Shown in pieces: positions 16,529 through 25,663 of a stretch of DNA of 64,000 bases. The DNA comes from an uncultured virus (IMG/VR IMGVR_UViG_3300009838_000020) (Duplodnaviria; Heunggongvirae; Uroviricota; Caudoviricetes). Both the position numbers and the translations under genes were made by a program. The DNA is taken from IMG/VR virus record IMGVR_UViG_3300009838_000020. The stretch is one strand, 5' to 3'. Each line of letters begins with the position of its first letter. Position 1 is the first letter of the stretch. The notes beneath the pieces are model-generated. The model did not search any database, had not been told where the DNA came from, and saw only the letters and a list, made by a program, of their open reading frames with translations.

Positions 16529-16865
16529 ATCCTAAACTTAAATCTAACAAAGTAATGTCGGTATTTGGTGTGCAGTATATTGTTGTGCCTACAAAACTAT
16601 ACAAGCCAATACCTGCCGTGTTTAAAAGACTAACTAATTCAGAAATACTACTTACCGTTCCGCCTGAAAAAGACAACCCGATTGGACTTGGTGCTCTCAA
16701 ATATCTTTGCGTGAAACTAATTATCCCAATGAAATTTTCTGTGCTTAAATCGAACTCATAAATTACGGTTGCTGGGTCTCTGTCTTTTAATGGATTAAAC
16801 AACTCAGCTGTTTGCAACAAGGCTGTGTTGTTTGTGATTTTTAAATTTATGTCGGTCTTTTTCAT
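16527..16865 (-). CDS. putative virion structural protein
   Basis: MKKTDINLKITNNT..., beta-rich. Confidence 0.5.
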   Translation of the reverse strand: MKKTDINLKITNNTALLQTAELFNPLKDRDPATVIYEFDLSTENFIGIISFTQRYLRAPSPIGLSFSGGTVSSISELVSLLNTAGIGLYSFVGTTIYCTPNTDITLLDLSLG

Positions 16866-17326
16866 TATTTGTTTTTTCTTAAAAAATACAGCCCAATTAG
16901 TGCTACAGCAGTAATCGCTGTCCACCTAAAGACCTGATTGCTAAAATATTTTTTTTCACTTGCAAAATTTATAAAATGCTCGCAATTAAAGTTGACAAAA
17001 TCATATTTTAATTCCTTCAATGCGTCGTACATTTCGCTTAAATCTCCGCTGGTCATTTTTGTTTTTTGAACCGATATTATGTCCCGTCCTGAAATAAAAT
17101 CCTTAATGTCCTCAATTATTAAGCCTCCTCCTTTTGAATTTATTTTGTCTGGCTGGTTGTGATAAATATAGGTTTTCTCGCCTCTTTTTTCAATAATACC
17201 ATAATGATAAATAATTGGCAATATTTCAGACTTCACTTTAATCATGTCACCTGTTTTAAGCTTAGAAACAATAAAGTCCCTGTTTTGAACCTGTATTGCG
17301 TGAATTTTTGGCGGACTATAATTCAT
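16865..17326 (-). CDS. LRAT-like (permuted NlpC/P60) acyltransferase/phospholipase with C-terminal TM
   Basis: GDMI...YHYGI...IYH...YDFVNFNCEHF signature. Confidence 0.75.
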   Translation of the reverse strand: MNYSPPKIHAIQVQNRDFIVSKLKTGDMIKVKSEILPIIYHYGIIEKRGEKTYIYHNQPDKINSKGGGLIIEDIKDFISGRDIISVQKTKMTSGDLSEMYDALKELKYDFVNFNCEHFINFASEKKYFSNQVFRWTAITAVALIGLYFLRKNK

Positions 17327-17759
17327 CGTGAAAATCTTTAAAAAAGTCGTTTTCGTAAAAATCATTTGGAGGTAAATAATCAGATGCCGACAATTCGTTT
17401 GTCTTAATGATTACAATTACAGATTCATTTGGCAAAAGCATAAATGAAAAGGTGGTTTGTCCATTAATAACAACGTTTGCACGGGCTAACTCAAACCAGA
17501 TAGATTTTTGAAATTGATACGGGTCAACTGTGGGTCGCTGGGCAAATGCTTTTACTGTTCCCGAAACATCGTATGACAAAACATCAAACCCTTCCAGTAA
17601 TTGCTGATTAGAAGATGCGTTGGTATACACCCTGTCAACAATATACACATAACTGCCGAGTGAATTTAAAATAGTGTCGTAAGATGTTCCATCTAAGCTC
17701 TCTATTGTAAACACTCCGTTAGGAAAATTTATCAATGTTGGTGAATAACTACCCGCCAT
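17316..17759 (-). CDS. paralog of the candidate major capsid protein (minor capsid?)
   Basis: Collinear similarity to 36733..37431, e.g. PTVDPYQFQ vs PTIDPYQQQ. Confidence 0.55.
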   Translation of the reverse strand: MAGSYSPTLINFPNGVFTIESLDGTSYDTILNSLGSYVYIVDRVYTNASSNQQLLEGFDVLSYDVSGTVKAFAQRPTVDPYQFQKSIWFELARANVVINGQTTFSFMLLPNESVIVIIKTNELSASDYLPPNDFYENDFFKDFHDEL

Positions 17760-17761
17760 AA

Positions 17762-18112
17762 CTATTCTTCTTCTGCAATTACGTTACCACTTGCGTCCAT
17801 AGCTCTTAGCTTACCTGTTTTGGTGCTAATAACCACTTTAATATTAAATTTTTTATAAACTTCACTGCTGAGTTTATCCAATTCGGTTTTTGATTCTCCA
17901 GCCGAAATAGCGTCTCTCATTGCTTGCATTCCAATAACCGCATTTGTGTGTTGGTTTTTGGTTACTTCGCTTGCTATTTTAGGAATAGAATACTTGTTTT
18001 CTTCGCCTTTTTTTGAAACACCAAAAGGATTGCTACCTTTTGGCAACAGTAGCCAAATTAAGCCAGTGGTTATTCCGACAACTATCAGCAATTCTTTTAT
18101 TTCTTTGTTCAT
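17762..18112 (-). CDS. membrane-anchored virion protein
   Basis: N-terminal TM. Confidence 0.55.
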   Translation of the reverse strand: MNKEIKELLIVVGITTGLIWLLLPKGSNPFGVSKKGEENKYSIPKIASEVTKNQHTNAVIGMQAMRDAISAGESKTELDKLSSEVYKKFNIKVVISTKTGKLRAMDASGNVIAEEE

Positions 18113-18447
18113 TTTTTTTGTTTTAGTTTTATAAATATAAATATCGTGCCGACTACTGCAATTGCCAGACCTGCATATAAAATCAACTTGCCTTTTTGAC
18201 CTTCTTTTTTAAGCTGTTCGTTTTTTGCGTTTTGAACAAACTCTACCAGATACTTTTCTCTTGCTGTCTGACTCTGCATTTGAGACAAAGCTTCGTCTAG
18301 CTTTTTCTTTTGTGCATCGGATAGGTTGTTAAGCTGATTGGTAAATTCTTTTGTTTTTTTGGCTTCATCCATTTGAAACAAAGTAGTCACCGCCATGCCT
18401 GCAACAGCTCCCAAAGCTTGACCAGCAATATTGTTATAATTGCTCAT
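18109..18447 (-). CDS. membrane protein (coiled coil, C-terminal TM plus Lys tail)
   Basis: MSNYNNIAG...LILYAGLAIAVVGTIFIFIKLKQKK. Confidence 0.6.
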   Translation of the reverse strand: MSNYNNIAGQALGAVAGMAVTTLFQMDEAKKTKEFTNQLNNLSDAQKKKLDEALSQMQSQTAREKYLVEFVQNAKNEQLKKEGQKGKLILYAGLAIAVVGTIFIFIKLKQKK

Positions 18448-18449
18448 TT

Positions 18450-18989
18450 TTAATCTTTTTGAGTTAGTGCGTAAACGCCATAAAGCATTGTCATTCCAAA
18501 ACCAATGAAAGCAACATAAATCCAAGTATCTCTAAGCCTTTTTGTGCTTTCGCCTTGTAGATTTTTTCTATAATCAGTCAAAGAGTTAACAAGTATTGCC
18601 GTTCGGTCTGTTTCTGCCTGCATTTGCAGTTGCTCGTAAAAAAGCTTTTCTTCAAAGGCTTGGTCTGCCAGAAAAATTTGCTTCTGAACTTCTCGGTTCT
18701 TTTTACCCTCTTTTTGTGCAAAAAGTCCTGTAACTACTGAGCTTACTACAGCTCCTCCAATAGCAACTAGTGGTAATATGTTTAACTCCCCTTCATTATC
18801 AATAGCGTTTGCCAGTTTTGAGGCAAATTTCTGGTCATTATTCGATAATGCCGTTAAGGTCTGGGTTGTTATCTGGTTTAGGGTTGCTTTTTTAACAGGA
18901 ATGTTGTACCCGCTGTCATTTAAAACGGCAAGTACAACATCTGGTTTTTGGTATATAAAGTCGGTTATGTGCTTGATACTGTCTTGCAT
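18450..18989 (-). CDS. membrane protein, paralog of the 35170-36637 family
   Basis: PDVVLAVLNDSGYNI N-domain, Gly-rich hydrophobic middle, C-terminal TM. Confidence 0.6.
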   Translation of the reverse strand: MQDSIKHITDFIYQKPDVVLAVLNDSGYNIPVKKATLNQITTQTLTALSNNDQKFASKLANAIDNEGELNILPLVAIGGAVVSSVVTGLFAQKEGKKNREVQKQIFLADQAFEEKLFYEQLQMQAETDRTAILVNSLTDYRKNLQGESTKRLRDTWIYVAFIGFGMTMLYGVYALTQKD

Positions 18990-19042
18990 ACTGTGTATAA
19001 TTAGTTAATGTCTAATATACTACAATATTACAAAATTTTTGT

Positions 19043-19948
19043 CTAAATGCACTCGGTTACACCTTTTATGATTTTTTCAACGCTAAAAACGTTGTTTAAA
19101 TCATTATAAGGTATTCTTGATATGTCTTCAAACAAGCTTATTTTATTAAAGCTAGCATGATTCATGTCTAACGGTTTGTCAAATGGTTCTGCAAGAATAT
19201 TTGTGTGCATGTCGTACCCAAAAACTTTTGGGCTTGTTCCCACCCAAGTAACTACGGAAGGTAATTTTAGTGCTGTGCTTAAATGCATTGCAAAAGAGTC
19301 GATAAGCAATCTTTTTGAAGACATGCTCAATAATACAGCTATACTTCTATATCCGTCAAGGGCTGAAAGACAGTTTTGATACTGTAGCTGGTCTTCCCTT
19401 CTAATCTGAACAACAGCGTGTGTTTGTGAAAAATAGTTAATCACGGTCTGAGCAATTGGCTGTGGTATGTCTCTAGTCCAACTATATTTCAAGGGCTGGT
19501 TAAACGCTCCTCCGTGTGGCTGTATAACAAAAATAGGCTTGTCTAGGTTGTAAAATTGCTGAAAATACTGCTTCTCTGGGTTTGATAAAAAGAATTCTGG
19601 CAACTCCCCGTTGTATTTAATTCCAAATTGCTCGCACCAAATTTGTATAAGATGCTTTTTTTCGGTGATGAAGTCTGAATTGGTATAAGGGTCTGTCAAA
19701 AAAACTTTGCAGTCTTTGTTTTCGATATAGTCTCTGTGAATGCCTAGAGTGTTTGCGTGCGTAACAACCTTGTTTACGTTAGGGTTGTTTGCAAACACTT
19801 CTGGATACGAAGAGATTACAACTACGTTTGCTTTTTTGTACTGCTTTTTTATTGCTTTTAAAACGGCTGTAGCCATGATGCTTTTTCCTAAACCGCCTGA
19901 TACGTCAAATAGTATGTTCATTGTTATTTTGTTTTGTTGTTTTGCCAA
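19043..19948 (-). CDS. glycosyltransferase, GT9 (heptosyltransferase)-like
   Basis: GGLGKSIMATAVLKAIK...NPNV...IDSFAMHLSTALKLPSVVTW...P..FGY. Confidence 0.75.
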   Translation of the reverse strand: MAKQQNKITMNILFDVSGGLGKSIMATAVLKAIKKQYKKANVVVISSYPEVFANNPNVNKVVTHANTLGIHRDYIENKDCKVFLTDPYTNSDFITEKKHLIQIWCEQFGIKYNGELPEFFLSNPEKQYFQQFYNLDKPIFVIQPHGGAFNQPLKYSWTRDIPQPIAQTVINYFSQTHAVVQIRREDQLQYQNCLSALDGYRSIAVLLSMSSKRLLIDSFAMHLSTALKLPSVVTWVGTSPKVFGYDMHTNILAEPFDKPLDMNHASFNKISLFEDISRIPYNDLNNVFSVEKIIKGVTECI

Positions 19949-20135
19949 ATTTTATTTTTACCCAAACCCTTTCATGCACAAAATACATAAATGGTTTTAT
20001 TACTACTTCTGTAAGACCGATGCTTCCTGCTATCCAAAAATTACCTGTAAAGAAATAAGAAATAATGCATGTTTGCAAAGTTCCTAAACATCTGTAGCTA
20101 ACCGCTTTTGCTACATGCCTTTTATAGCTTTCCAT
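19905..20135 (-). CDS. DUF2061 membrane protein
   Basis: RHVAKAVSYR...T...TG...AGSIG..E...K...Y..HERVW. Confidence 0.8.
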   Translation of the reverse strand: MESYKRHVAKAVSYRCLGTLQTCIISYFFTGNFWIAGSIGLTEVVIKPFMYFVHERVWVKIKFGKTTKQNNNEHTI

Positions 20136-20526
20136 CTTTTTTTAATTGCTCTCTAATTTTTGTAGCGGAAATTTCTGCAACTTCTGCTGGCGGAATATGC
20201 TCGATAATGTCATACCCAACTCCTCTGCCAAACTCAACACTGTTAATATCTGGAATGATAATGACAGACGCTCTGTCTTGTAAATTATTTTTTAATATAA
20301 ATTCTTGATTTATTTGATACTTAACCTGACCCGACGTAAACGGGTTTTTTTCATCTGGCTCAATATCTCTGATTGCTATAACAATGCTTTTACCTTGATT
20401 TAAAGCTTGTGCAAATAAAGCTTTGTGCCCTTCGTGCAAAGGTTGCCAGCGACCGATAAATAAAGCTGTCTGATTTTCTTTTCGAGTCATTGACGACGCA
20501 ACGTGTATGTATTTAGTCCACTCCAT
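20122..20526 (-). CDS. cytidylyltransferase-like (HIGH) nucleotidyltransferase
   Basis: FIGRWQPLHEGH and ISATKIR motifs. Confidence 0.85.
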   Translation of the reverse strand: MEWTKYIHVASSMTRKENQTALFIGRWQPLHEGHKALFAQALNQGKSIVIAIRDIEPDEKNPFTSGQVKYQINQEFILKNNLQDRASVIIIPDINSVEFGRGVGYDIIEHIPPAEVAEISATKIREQLKKDGKL

Positions 20527-20527
20527 T

Positions 20528-20860
20528 TTATCTAATTGTAGCTTTGTTGTTTTTAAAAACTATTTTTTTAGCCAAACAACTAATTGAGTATTTCAAAACA
20601 CCTTCGATTGGTCTTTTTGTAGTTGCTGTTTTGATTTTTATTTTTACATCCGAACAAAAAAATTCAATTGTGTGGGTTTCTTGCGGGGTTGGATTTGTTA
20701 TTGTAATCCTCCAGCTTTTACTGCCGTCTGTGTCTTTATTATTGTATCTTAAATCCACAATATAGAATTCATTAAAGCATTCTGTTTTTGGTTTTATGAC
20801 AACTTTTTCCCCTGTAGAAATTTTTTTTTGTACTTTTTCTTGCACTGCTATTTTGTCCAT
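20528..20860 (-). CDS. hypothetical protein (paralog 3 of 3)
   Basis: C-terminal KIVFKNNKATIR. Confidence 0.55.
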   Translation of the reverse strand: MDKIAVQEKVQKKISTGEKVVIKPKTECFNEFYIVDLRYNNKDTDGSKSWRITITNPTPQETHTIEFFCSDVKIKIKTATTKRPIEGVLKYSISCLAKKIVFKNNKATIR

Positions 20861-20884
20861 TGTTTTTAAAAAATTAATTGGTTA

Positions 20885-21184
20885 TTACATGATTGTTGCT
20901 ACACCTTTTTCAATAATTATGCTACTGGAAAGGCAATTTATTTTTGGCATAGAGCCATTTTTTCTGGAAAATGTGACTGGGTTTTTTGTGATAATTTCTT
21001 TTACAAGATATGTTTCGCCATTGAAACTTATTGAGTAATTGTCTTGACATTCTTGGATGAAAACGTCAAAATTATTTTTTTTCTGTGGGGTAAAAACAAC
21101 TTTAGAGCCTCTATCAATAAAAACCTGAGTTTGTTGATTGTCTCTTTGTTTCGCTTTTTGCAAACGCAATTCTTCTTGTTCCAT
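20885..21184 (-). CDS. hypothetical protein (paralog 2 of 3)
   Basis: C-terminal SIIIEKGVATIM. Confidence 0.55.
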   Translation of the reverse strand: MEQEELRLQKAKQRDNQQTQVFIDRGSKVVFTPQKKNNFDVFIQECQDNYSISFNGETYLVKEIITKNPVTFSRKNGSMPKINCLSSSIIIEKGVATIM

Positions 21185-21202
21185 GTTTTTAAGTTTCTTG
21201 GT

Positions 21203-21541
21203 TTAGCTAATTGTGGCTACTTGATTTTCAAAAACAACTTTGTTGGCTTTGAAAAGTACAAAAGGCAAATTAAGCGTGTCTGTGCTTACTCTGTTTAAGT
21301 AATCACTTACTTCTTGAATTTCAGACGAAACATTTTCGCAAAAAACTCTTTCACCATTAACAACTACAGCAAATGGCTGTGGCATTTGTTTTCTGTGTTT
21401 TCTAAAGCGTACTCTGCATCTAAAAAACTTACCTTCTTCTGCTTCAATAGTGTGTGGTTCGTTACCATTCACTAATAATTGTAACTCCGAAACATTTTCT
21501 GTAATCGGTTCTACTACTGGGTTGTTTGTTTCTTCACTCAT
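21203..21541 (-). CDS. hypothetical protein (paralog 1 of 3)
   Basis: C-terminal KVVFENQVATIS. Confidence 0.55.
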   Translation of the reverse strand: MSEETNNPVVEPITENVSELQLLVNGNEPHTIEAEEGKFFRCRVRFRKHRKQMPQPFAVVVNGERVFCENVSSEIQEVSDYLNRVSTDTLNLPFVLFKANKVVFENQVATIS

Positions 21542-21546
21542 TTTTT

Positions 21547-22002
21547 TTAGTTTTTTACATTAATAATATCCAAAATGGAATTCAAACATGTTATTTCGTC
21601 GTTGTCCGTGTCTATAAAAGTATAGTTTTCCTGTGGCGTTTCATAATTTACAACATGAAAATTTTCTCTTCCTCTAACTTGGCTAGTTTTCAAATAAAAC
21701 TCTAGTGCATCGGTGTCTTTTTTTAAATCTTCTCTCATATCTAAAAAAGGACTCACCAAAGTTATGACAATGATATTGTTTTTGTTTTGATTGTGCAAAT
21801 ATTTCGCAATAGAGTAGGCTAGTTCGATGTTTTTTCGTCGTCCTGCCTCACTATAGTCTTTGTTGTTAAAAAGCTCTCTAATGTGGTCTCCGTCGATGTG
21901 AAAGCATTGAGCTGTTGGTTCGGCAACATTTAAACACTTTATTAGTGCTTTGCCTAAAGTTGTTTTGCCTGAATGTGGTTGTCCTGTAAAATTAAGTATC
22001 AT
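21547..22002 (-). CDS. cysC: adenylyl-sulfate (APS) kinase
   Basis: TGQPHSGKTT P-loop, IDGDHIR, DYSEAGRRKNI, LVSPF..MRE, YETP. Confidence 0.85.
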   Translation of the reverse strand: MILNFTGQPHSGKTTLGKALIKCLNVAEPTAQCFHIDGDHIRELFNNKDYSEAGRRKNIELAYSIAKYLHNQNKNNIIVITLVSPFLDMREDLKKDTDALEFYLKTSQVRGRENFHVVNYETPQENYTFIDTDNDEITCLNSILDIINVKN

Positions 22003-22013
22003 GTCGTTTGTTT

Positions 22014-22835
22014 TTATACATATCCAAAAAGGTCAAAAAACCATTTGTAGTGATTTTTTATTTTTTGACAATTTTCATAGCCCAAAACCTCAAAATAATC
22101 ATCTGGCAAACGACCAAACTTAGGTCTTAATTTATGGTCTCCATAAATACCGTGCATTTCATCGTTTTCGTGCGTAAACTGAGTTATGTTTTGAAAATCG
22201 TGTTTTTCGTAGTAAGGTTGGTTTATGAATTGGTAATATTTTTTTATTTCAACCTCTGGCTGTGCCATTAAGTCTTCATATCTTATGAACAACATTTTTT
22301 TCCCAATACCTTGCTGAATTATGTCTTTTAATCGGTCAATTGAAATGCCGACTGGAATTCCGTTTGACCATATATCTATCCTTTTGTCAAGAGTAGTTCC
22401 TACTAATTGCTGGGTATTTTGCACATGGTTTTCTTTGTGTGGGTTTTTTCTAAAATTTTTTTCCATCGAAGCGTAAATTGCTCTTAAATCCCGCACTAGG
22501 CAAACAATTTTTGGGTCTTTATAAAACATGTTTATAAAGTTGTAGCTTACCCCGTAGCCTCTGTTTTTATCTAATACAAAAGGTTTATTTGTTAGTGCAT
22601 TGAAATAACCCTGCATGCTGGCATTGCAAAAATTAAGAAAAGCAATTTCCATTTGTTTAGCGTCCTGTGCTTTAAATTCTGGAGACTGGTTGTAAACCTG
22701 TTTTGCACCATCAATTAAAGATAAAAGACCGCTTGTGGGAGTTGCGTAAAATTGAGGGTTTTGAGCAATAATGTTTTGAAATAAAGTAGAGCCAGCTCTA
22801 GGTAATGAACTGTTAAAGAATATCTGTTTTGCCAT
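22014..22835 (-). CDS. sulfotransferase
   Basis: SLPRAGSTL 5'-PSB motif, VRDLRAIYAS 3'-PB motif, IRYEDL. Confidence 0.85.
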   Translation of the reverse strand: MAKQIFFNSSLPRAGSTLFQNIIAQNPQFYATPTSGLLSLIDGAKQVYNQSPEFKAQDAKQMEIAFLNFCNASMQGYFNALTNKPFVLDKNRGYGVSYNFINMFYKDPKIVCLVRDLRAIYASMEKNFRKNPHKENHVQNTQQLVGTTLDKRIDIWSNGIPVGISIDRLKDIIQQGIGKKMLFIRYEDLMAQPEVEIKKYYQFINQPYYEKHDFQNITQFTHENDEMHGIYGDHKLRPKFGRLPDDYFEVLGYENCQKIKNHYKWFFDLFGYV

Positions 22836-22870
22836 TTTATTGTTTCTTGAATTACAAATTTATAAAAAAA

Positions 22871-22901
22871 AATATACCGTAAGAAGTTCTTACGGTATAT
22901 T
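22871..22901. terminator. hairpin downstream of the fibre gene
   Basis: AATATACCGTAAGAA-g-TTCTTACGGTATATT. Confidence 0.6.
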
Positions 22902-22948
22902 TCGCCAAATAATCAAATTACAAACCTAATCACTATCCTAACTATTTT

Positions 22949-25663
22949 TTAATAAACAATACAAAGTGCATTACCTACTCTATAAACAGCACCAGCTGGC
23001 AGTCCTGTGCTGTCTGTTGGTATGCCCATAATAGATAAATTATTAACAAATAAAGTATCGTCTCTGTCGGCAGTAATTCCACAGCCCGCTATAAAAGTAT
23101 AATCTCTAAGAATACAGTTATAAGACCCCCCTAATATAGCCGAGTATTTAGCACCCTCTGATATGTTGTTTTCTTTACCGCCCGCTATAAAGTTATAACC
23201 ACAGTTAGTGTTTAAATTAATTATATTGTAGACCCCCGAAGCTATACCGCTATAATTTGAATTAGATATTGCGTTACTGTAACCACCTGCAACAATCGAC
23301 CCCTGAGAGCAAATTATTTGGTTAGCACTTCCAGAAAATACACCAGAACAATAAGAGCCTGCCTGTATTTGGTTTTGAAGCCCCGACAAAATTGCTGAAA
23401 AAGTTGAATTTCCGCAAATTGTATTTTGTTGACCTCCTCCTATTACAGACACACATGAATTTAACAAACGGTTATAATTTCCTGAGACTATTGAAGAATA
23501 ACAAGAGTCTGCAACTTTATGTTCATAACCAGATAAAATACTTCCTTTAACAGAATTAGTAAGTACATTACATAAGCCAGAAAATATACCTGAATGATAT
23601 GAACCGCATATAGTGTTTGACTTTCCAGAAACTATAGCAGAATAATTTGAACTTTGCAAAACAGAATTACAATGTCCTGACGCTACAATAGAATAAATAG
23701 ATTCAACATTGTTTGCACGTCCACTTAAAACTCCAGACCCACTGCTACCATTACATATACAGTTGTAAGTTCCAGAAATTATATTAAACGATGTCGATGC
23801 ACCTATGTAGTTGGCAGTACCATTTAGTATAATGTTTTGAGTTCCGCCTAATATATTATTAACACCGTTAATTATTGTGTTATATCCCGTAGCATCATAA
23901 CCTACCGCATTATAACAACCTGAAAGAATAACCGATGATTTTGATTGTACAGAATTGTAACAGCCAGTTAAAATAGATGCACAATCTTTACTAACGCTAT
24001 TGTTTAACCCTGTTCCTACAAAACTATGTGTTCCAAATACTTGATTACAGAATCCAGAGCCTATAATTGAGTAATTACCGCATAAATAAGCAAACTTTCC
24101 TGTGCCTATCATTGACTGATTACCTTGTAAGGCGTTGCAATATCCGCCACCTAAATTATTATAGTTACCATAGACCGCATTGTATTTTCCGCCTATAATA
24201 GCATTATAATCCCCTGTGTTTACACCGCAATAGCCATTTATGATAGAACTGAATTTACCACATACAGTTGACTGACTTCCATTTCCTGCAAACCCAAAAC
24301 AATCTCCGCAAAGCCTGTTGTTGTATCCACCAACAATAACCCCTGAGCTTTCTACTATAAGATTGCTGTTTCCTCCCACTATTACTCCAGTTGCGTTATT
24401 GTAAATAAAGTTGTAAATTCCGCCAACTATTACTGACTGTATTGAGCTAACGCCAATAGTGTTATTATATCCGCCAACTAAAACTGTTTGGTTAGAGCAA
24501 GAGCTGTTACATCTACCACCTACCAAAACAGTTTCGCTTCCTTGTAATAAATTACAACTTCCAGAACCTATAAAAGATGAACAGCCACTTAATTGATTAG
24601 CAAACCCTCCTGCTATTACCGCTGTGCTAGCTATTAATGAATTATTAACCCCTGCCCCAACAAAAGATGCACAACCGCAAACGAAATTTACTTCTCCAGA
24701 AACAATAGCTGACCCTCCTTGATAGTTGCCTCCAAGCACGGTATTATATTGACCGTTACCTATAAAGCTAAATACTGACGCAAGATTGTTTCCTCTACCA
24801 GCTCCAATAAATCCAATAACAGAGCCACATATTGTGTTTTGCTGTCCGCCTACTATAGTGCTTCCGTAACAACTATCTGCAAAAATATAATTATCAGAAC
24901 CGCTTATTACCGTGTTGCTACGACCGCATACTTTATTGTTACAGCCGTTTAAAATTATATTTCTACTGCCAACTATAAGGTTGTTGTTCCCTGCACCAAT
25001 TATGCTGTTTCCTGCTTGTGGAGAGTCTGGGCAAATAAAGTTTTGGCTGTTGCAAATAATATTACAAAACCCGCCTATAACTGTACTTTTTGCCATGTTA
25101 ACCACGTTGCATTCGCCTGATAAAATAGAAGCAAATTTAGTTGGTGTAAATCCATAAGCTGTGATACTACCGCAAAGAACTACGTTATTCGCTCCAGCAA
25201 ATATACCAGAAGCATCGGCATCAACATAATTACTGTTACCCCCTGCTATAACAGAACTTTGCTTGTTGGTAATGTTGCCACTACCGCCTCCTATAAACCC
25301 GTAATTTCCGTAAGAGCTATTGGCTTCTCCTCCAGCAATTGTGCTGTAGCTACCCCCTAAAATTAAATTATTACCGTTTTTTGGTTTGATTGTACATACA
25401 CCGCACGAAAATTCAAACGGGCTAATATCACCACCGCCACCTGATTTTATGACCAAACCACCGTCGGCAGTACTGCTCTGAAACCAATACTCCACGCCTT
25501 GCACATTGACTGTTAGACCAATATATCTCGCTGGTAATGGTATTTCAGACAATACTTCGGCTGTATTTGCATAAGGTTGACCCGCTTGATTGTAATAAAC
25601 AGAGTCAACTGGGTATGGATTAAGTATTTTGACCCCTTGTGGTATTTCAATTGTCTGTCCCAT
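22949..25663 (-). CDS. fibre/spike protein with ~14-15 aa G/N/S/C repeats (beta-helix-like)
   Basis: Dozens of (S/F)xIxGGxxNxx repeats; C-terminal PTDSTGLPAGAVYRVGNALCIV. Confidence 0.7.
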   Translation of the reverse strand: MGQTIEIPQGVKILNPYPVDSVYYNQAGQPYANTAEVLSEIPLPARYIGLTVNVQGVEYWFQSSTADGGLVIKSGGGGDISPFEFSCGVCTIKPKNGNNLILGGSYSTIAGGEANSSYGNYGFIGGGSGNITNKQSSVIAGGNSNYVDADASGIFAGANNVVLCGSITAYGFTPTKFASILSGECNVVNMAKSTVIGGFCNIICNSQNFICPDSPQAGNSIIGAGNNNLIVGSRNIILNGCNNKVCGRSNTVISGSDNYIFADSCYGSTIVGGQQNTICGSVIGFIGAGRGNNLASVFSFIGNGQYNTVLGGNYQGGSAIVSGEVNFVCGCASFVGAGVNNSLIASTAVIAGGFANQLSGCSSFIGSGSCNLLQGSETVLVGGRCNSSCSNQTVLVGGYNNTIGVSSIQSVIVGGIYNFIYNNATGVIVGGNSNLIVESSGVIVGGYNNRLCGDCFGFAGNGSQSTVCGKFSSIINGYCGVNTGDYNAIIGGKYNAVYGNYNNLGGGYCNALQGNQSMIGTGKFAYLCGNYSIIGSGFCNQVFGTHSFVGTGLNNSVSKDCASILTGCYNSVQSKSSVILSGCYNAVGYDATGYNTIINGVNNILGGTQNIILNGTANYIGASTSFNIISGTYNCICNGSSGSGVLSGRANNVESIYSIVASGHCNSVLQSSNYSAIVSGKSNTICGSYHSGIFSGLCNVLTNSVKGSILSGYEHKVADSCYSSIVSGNYNRLLNSCVSVIGGGQQNTICGNSTFSAILSGLQNQIQAGSYCSGVFSGSANQIICSQGSIVAGGYSNAISNSNYSGIASGVYNIINLNTNCGYNFIAGGKENNISEGAKYSAILGGSYNCILRDYTFIAGCGITADRDDTLFVNNLSIMGIPTDSTGLPAGAVYRVGNALCIVY

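Noticed and set aside
16465..16761. + strand 98 aa ORF after the 16439 promoter
   Set aside because: TTG start, crosses a strong terminator, and overlaps a - strand gene.
22949..25663. Diversity-generating retroelement target in the fibre gene
   Set aside because: No reverse transcriptase and no TR/VR pair differing at adenines was seen; the repeats are protein-level only.
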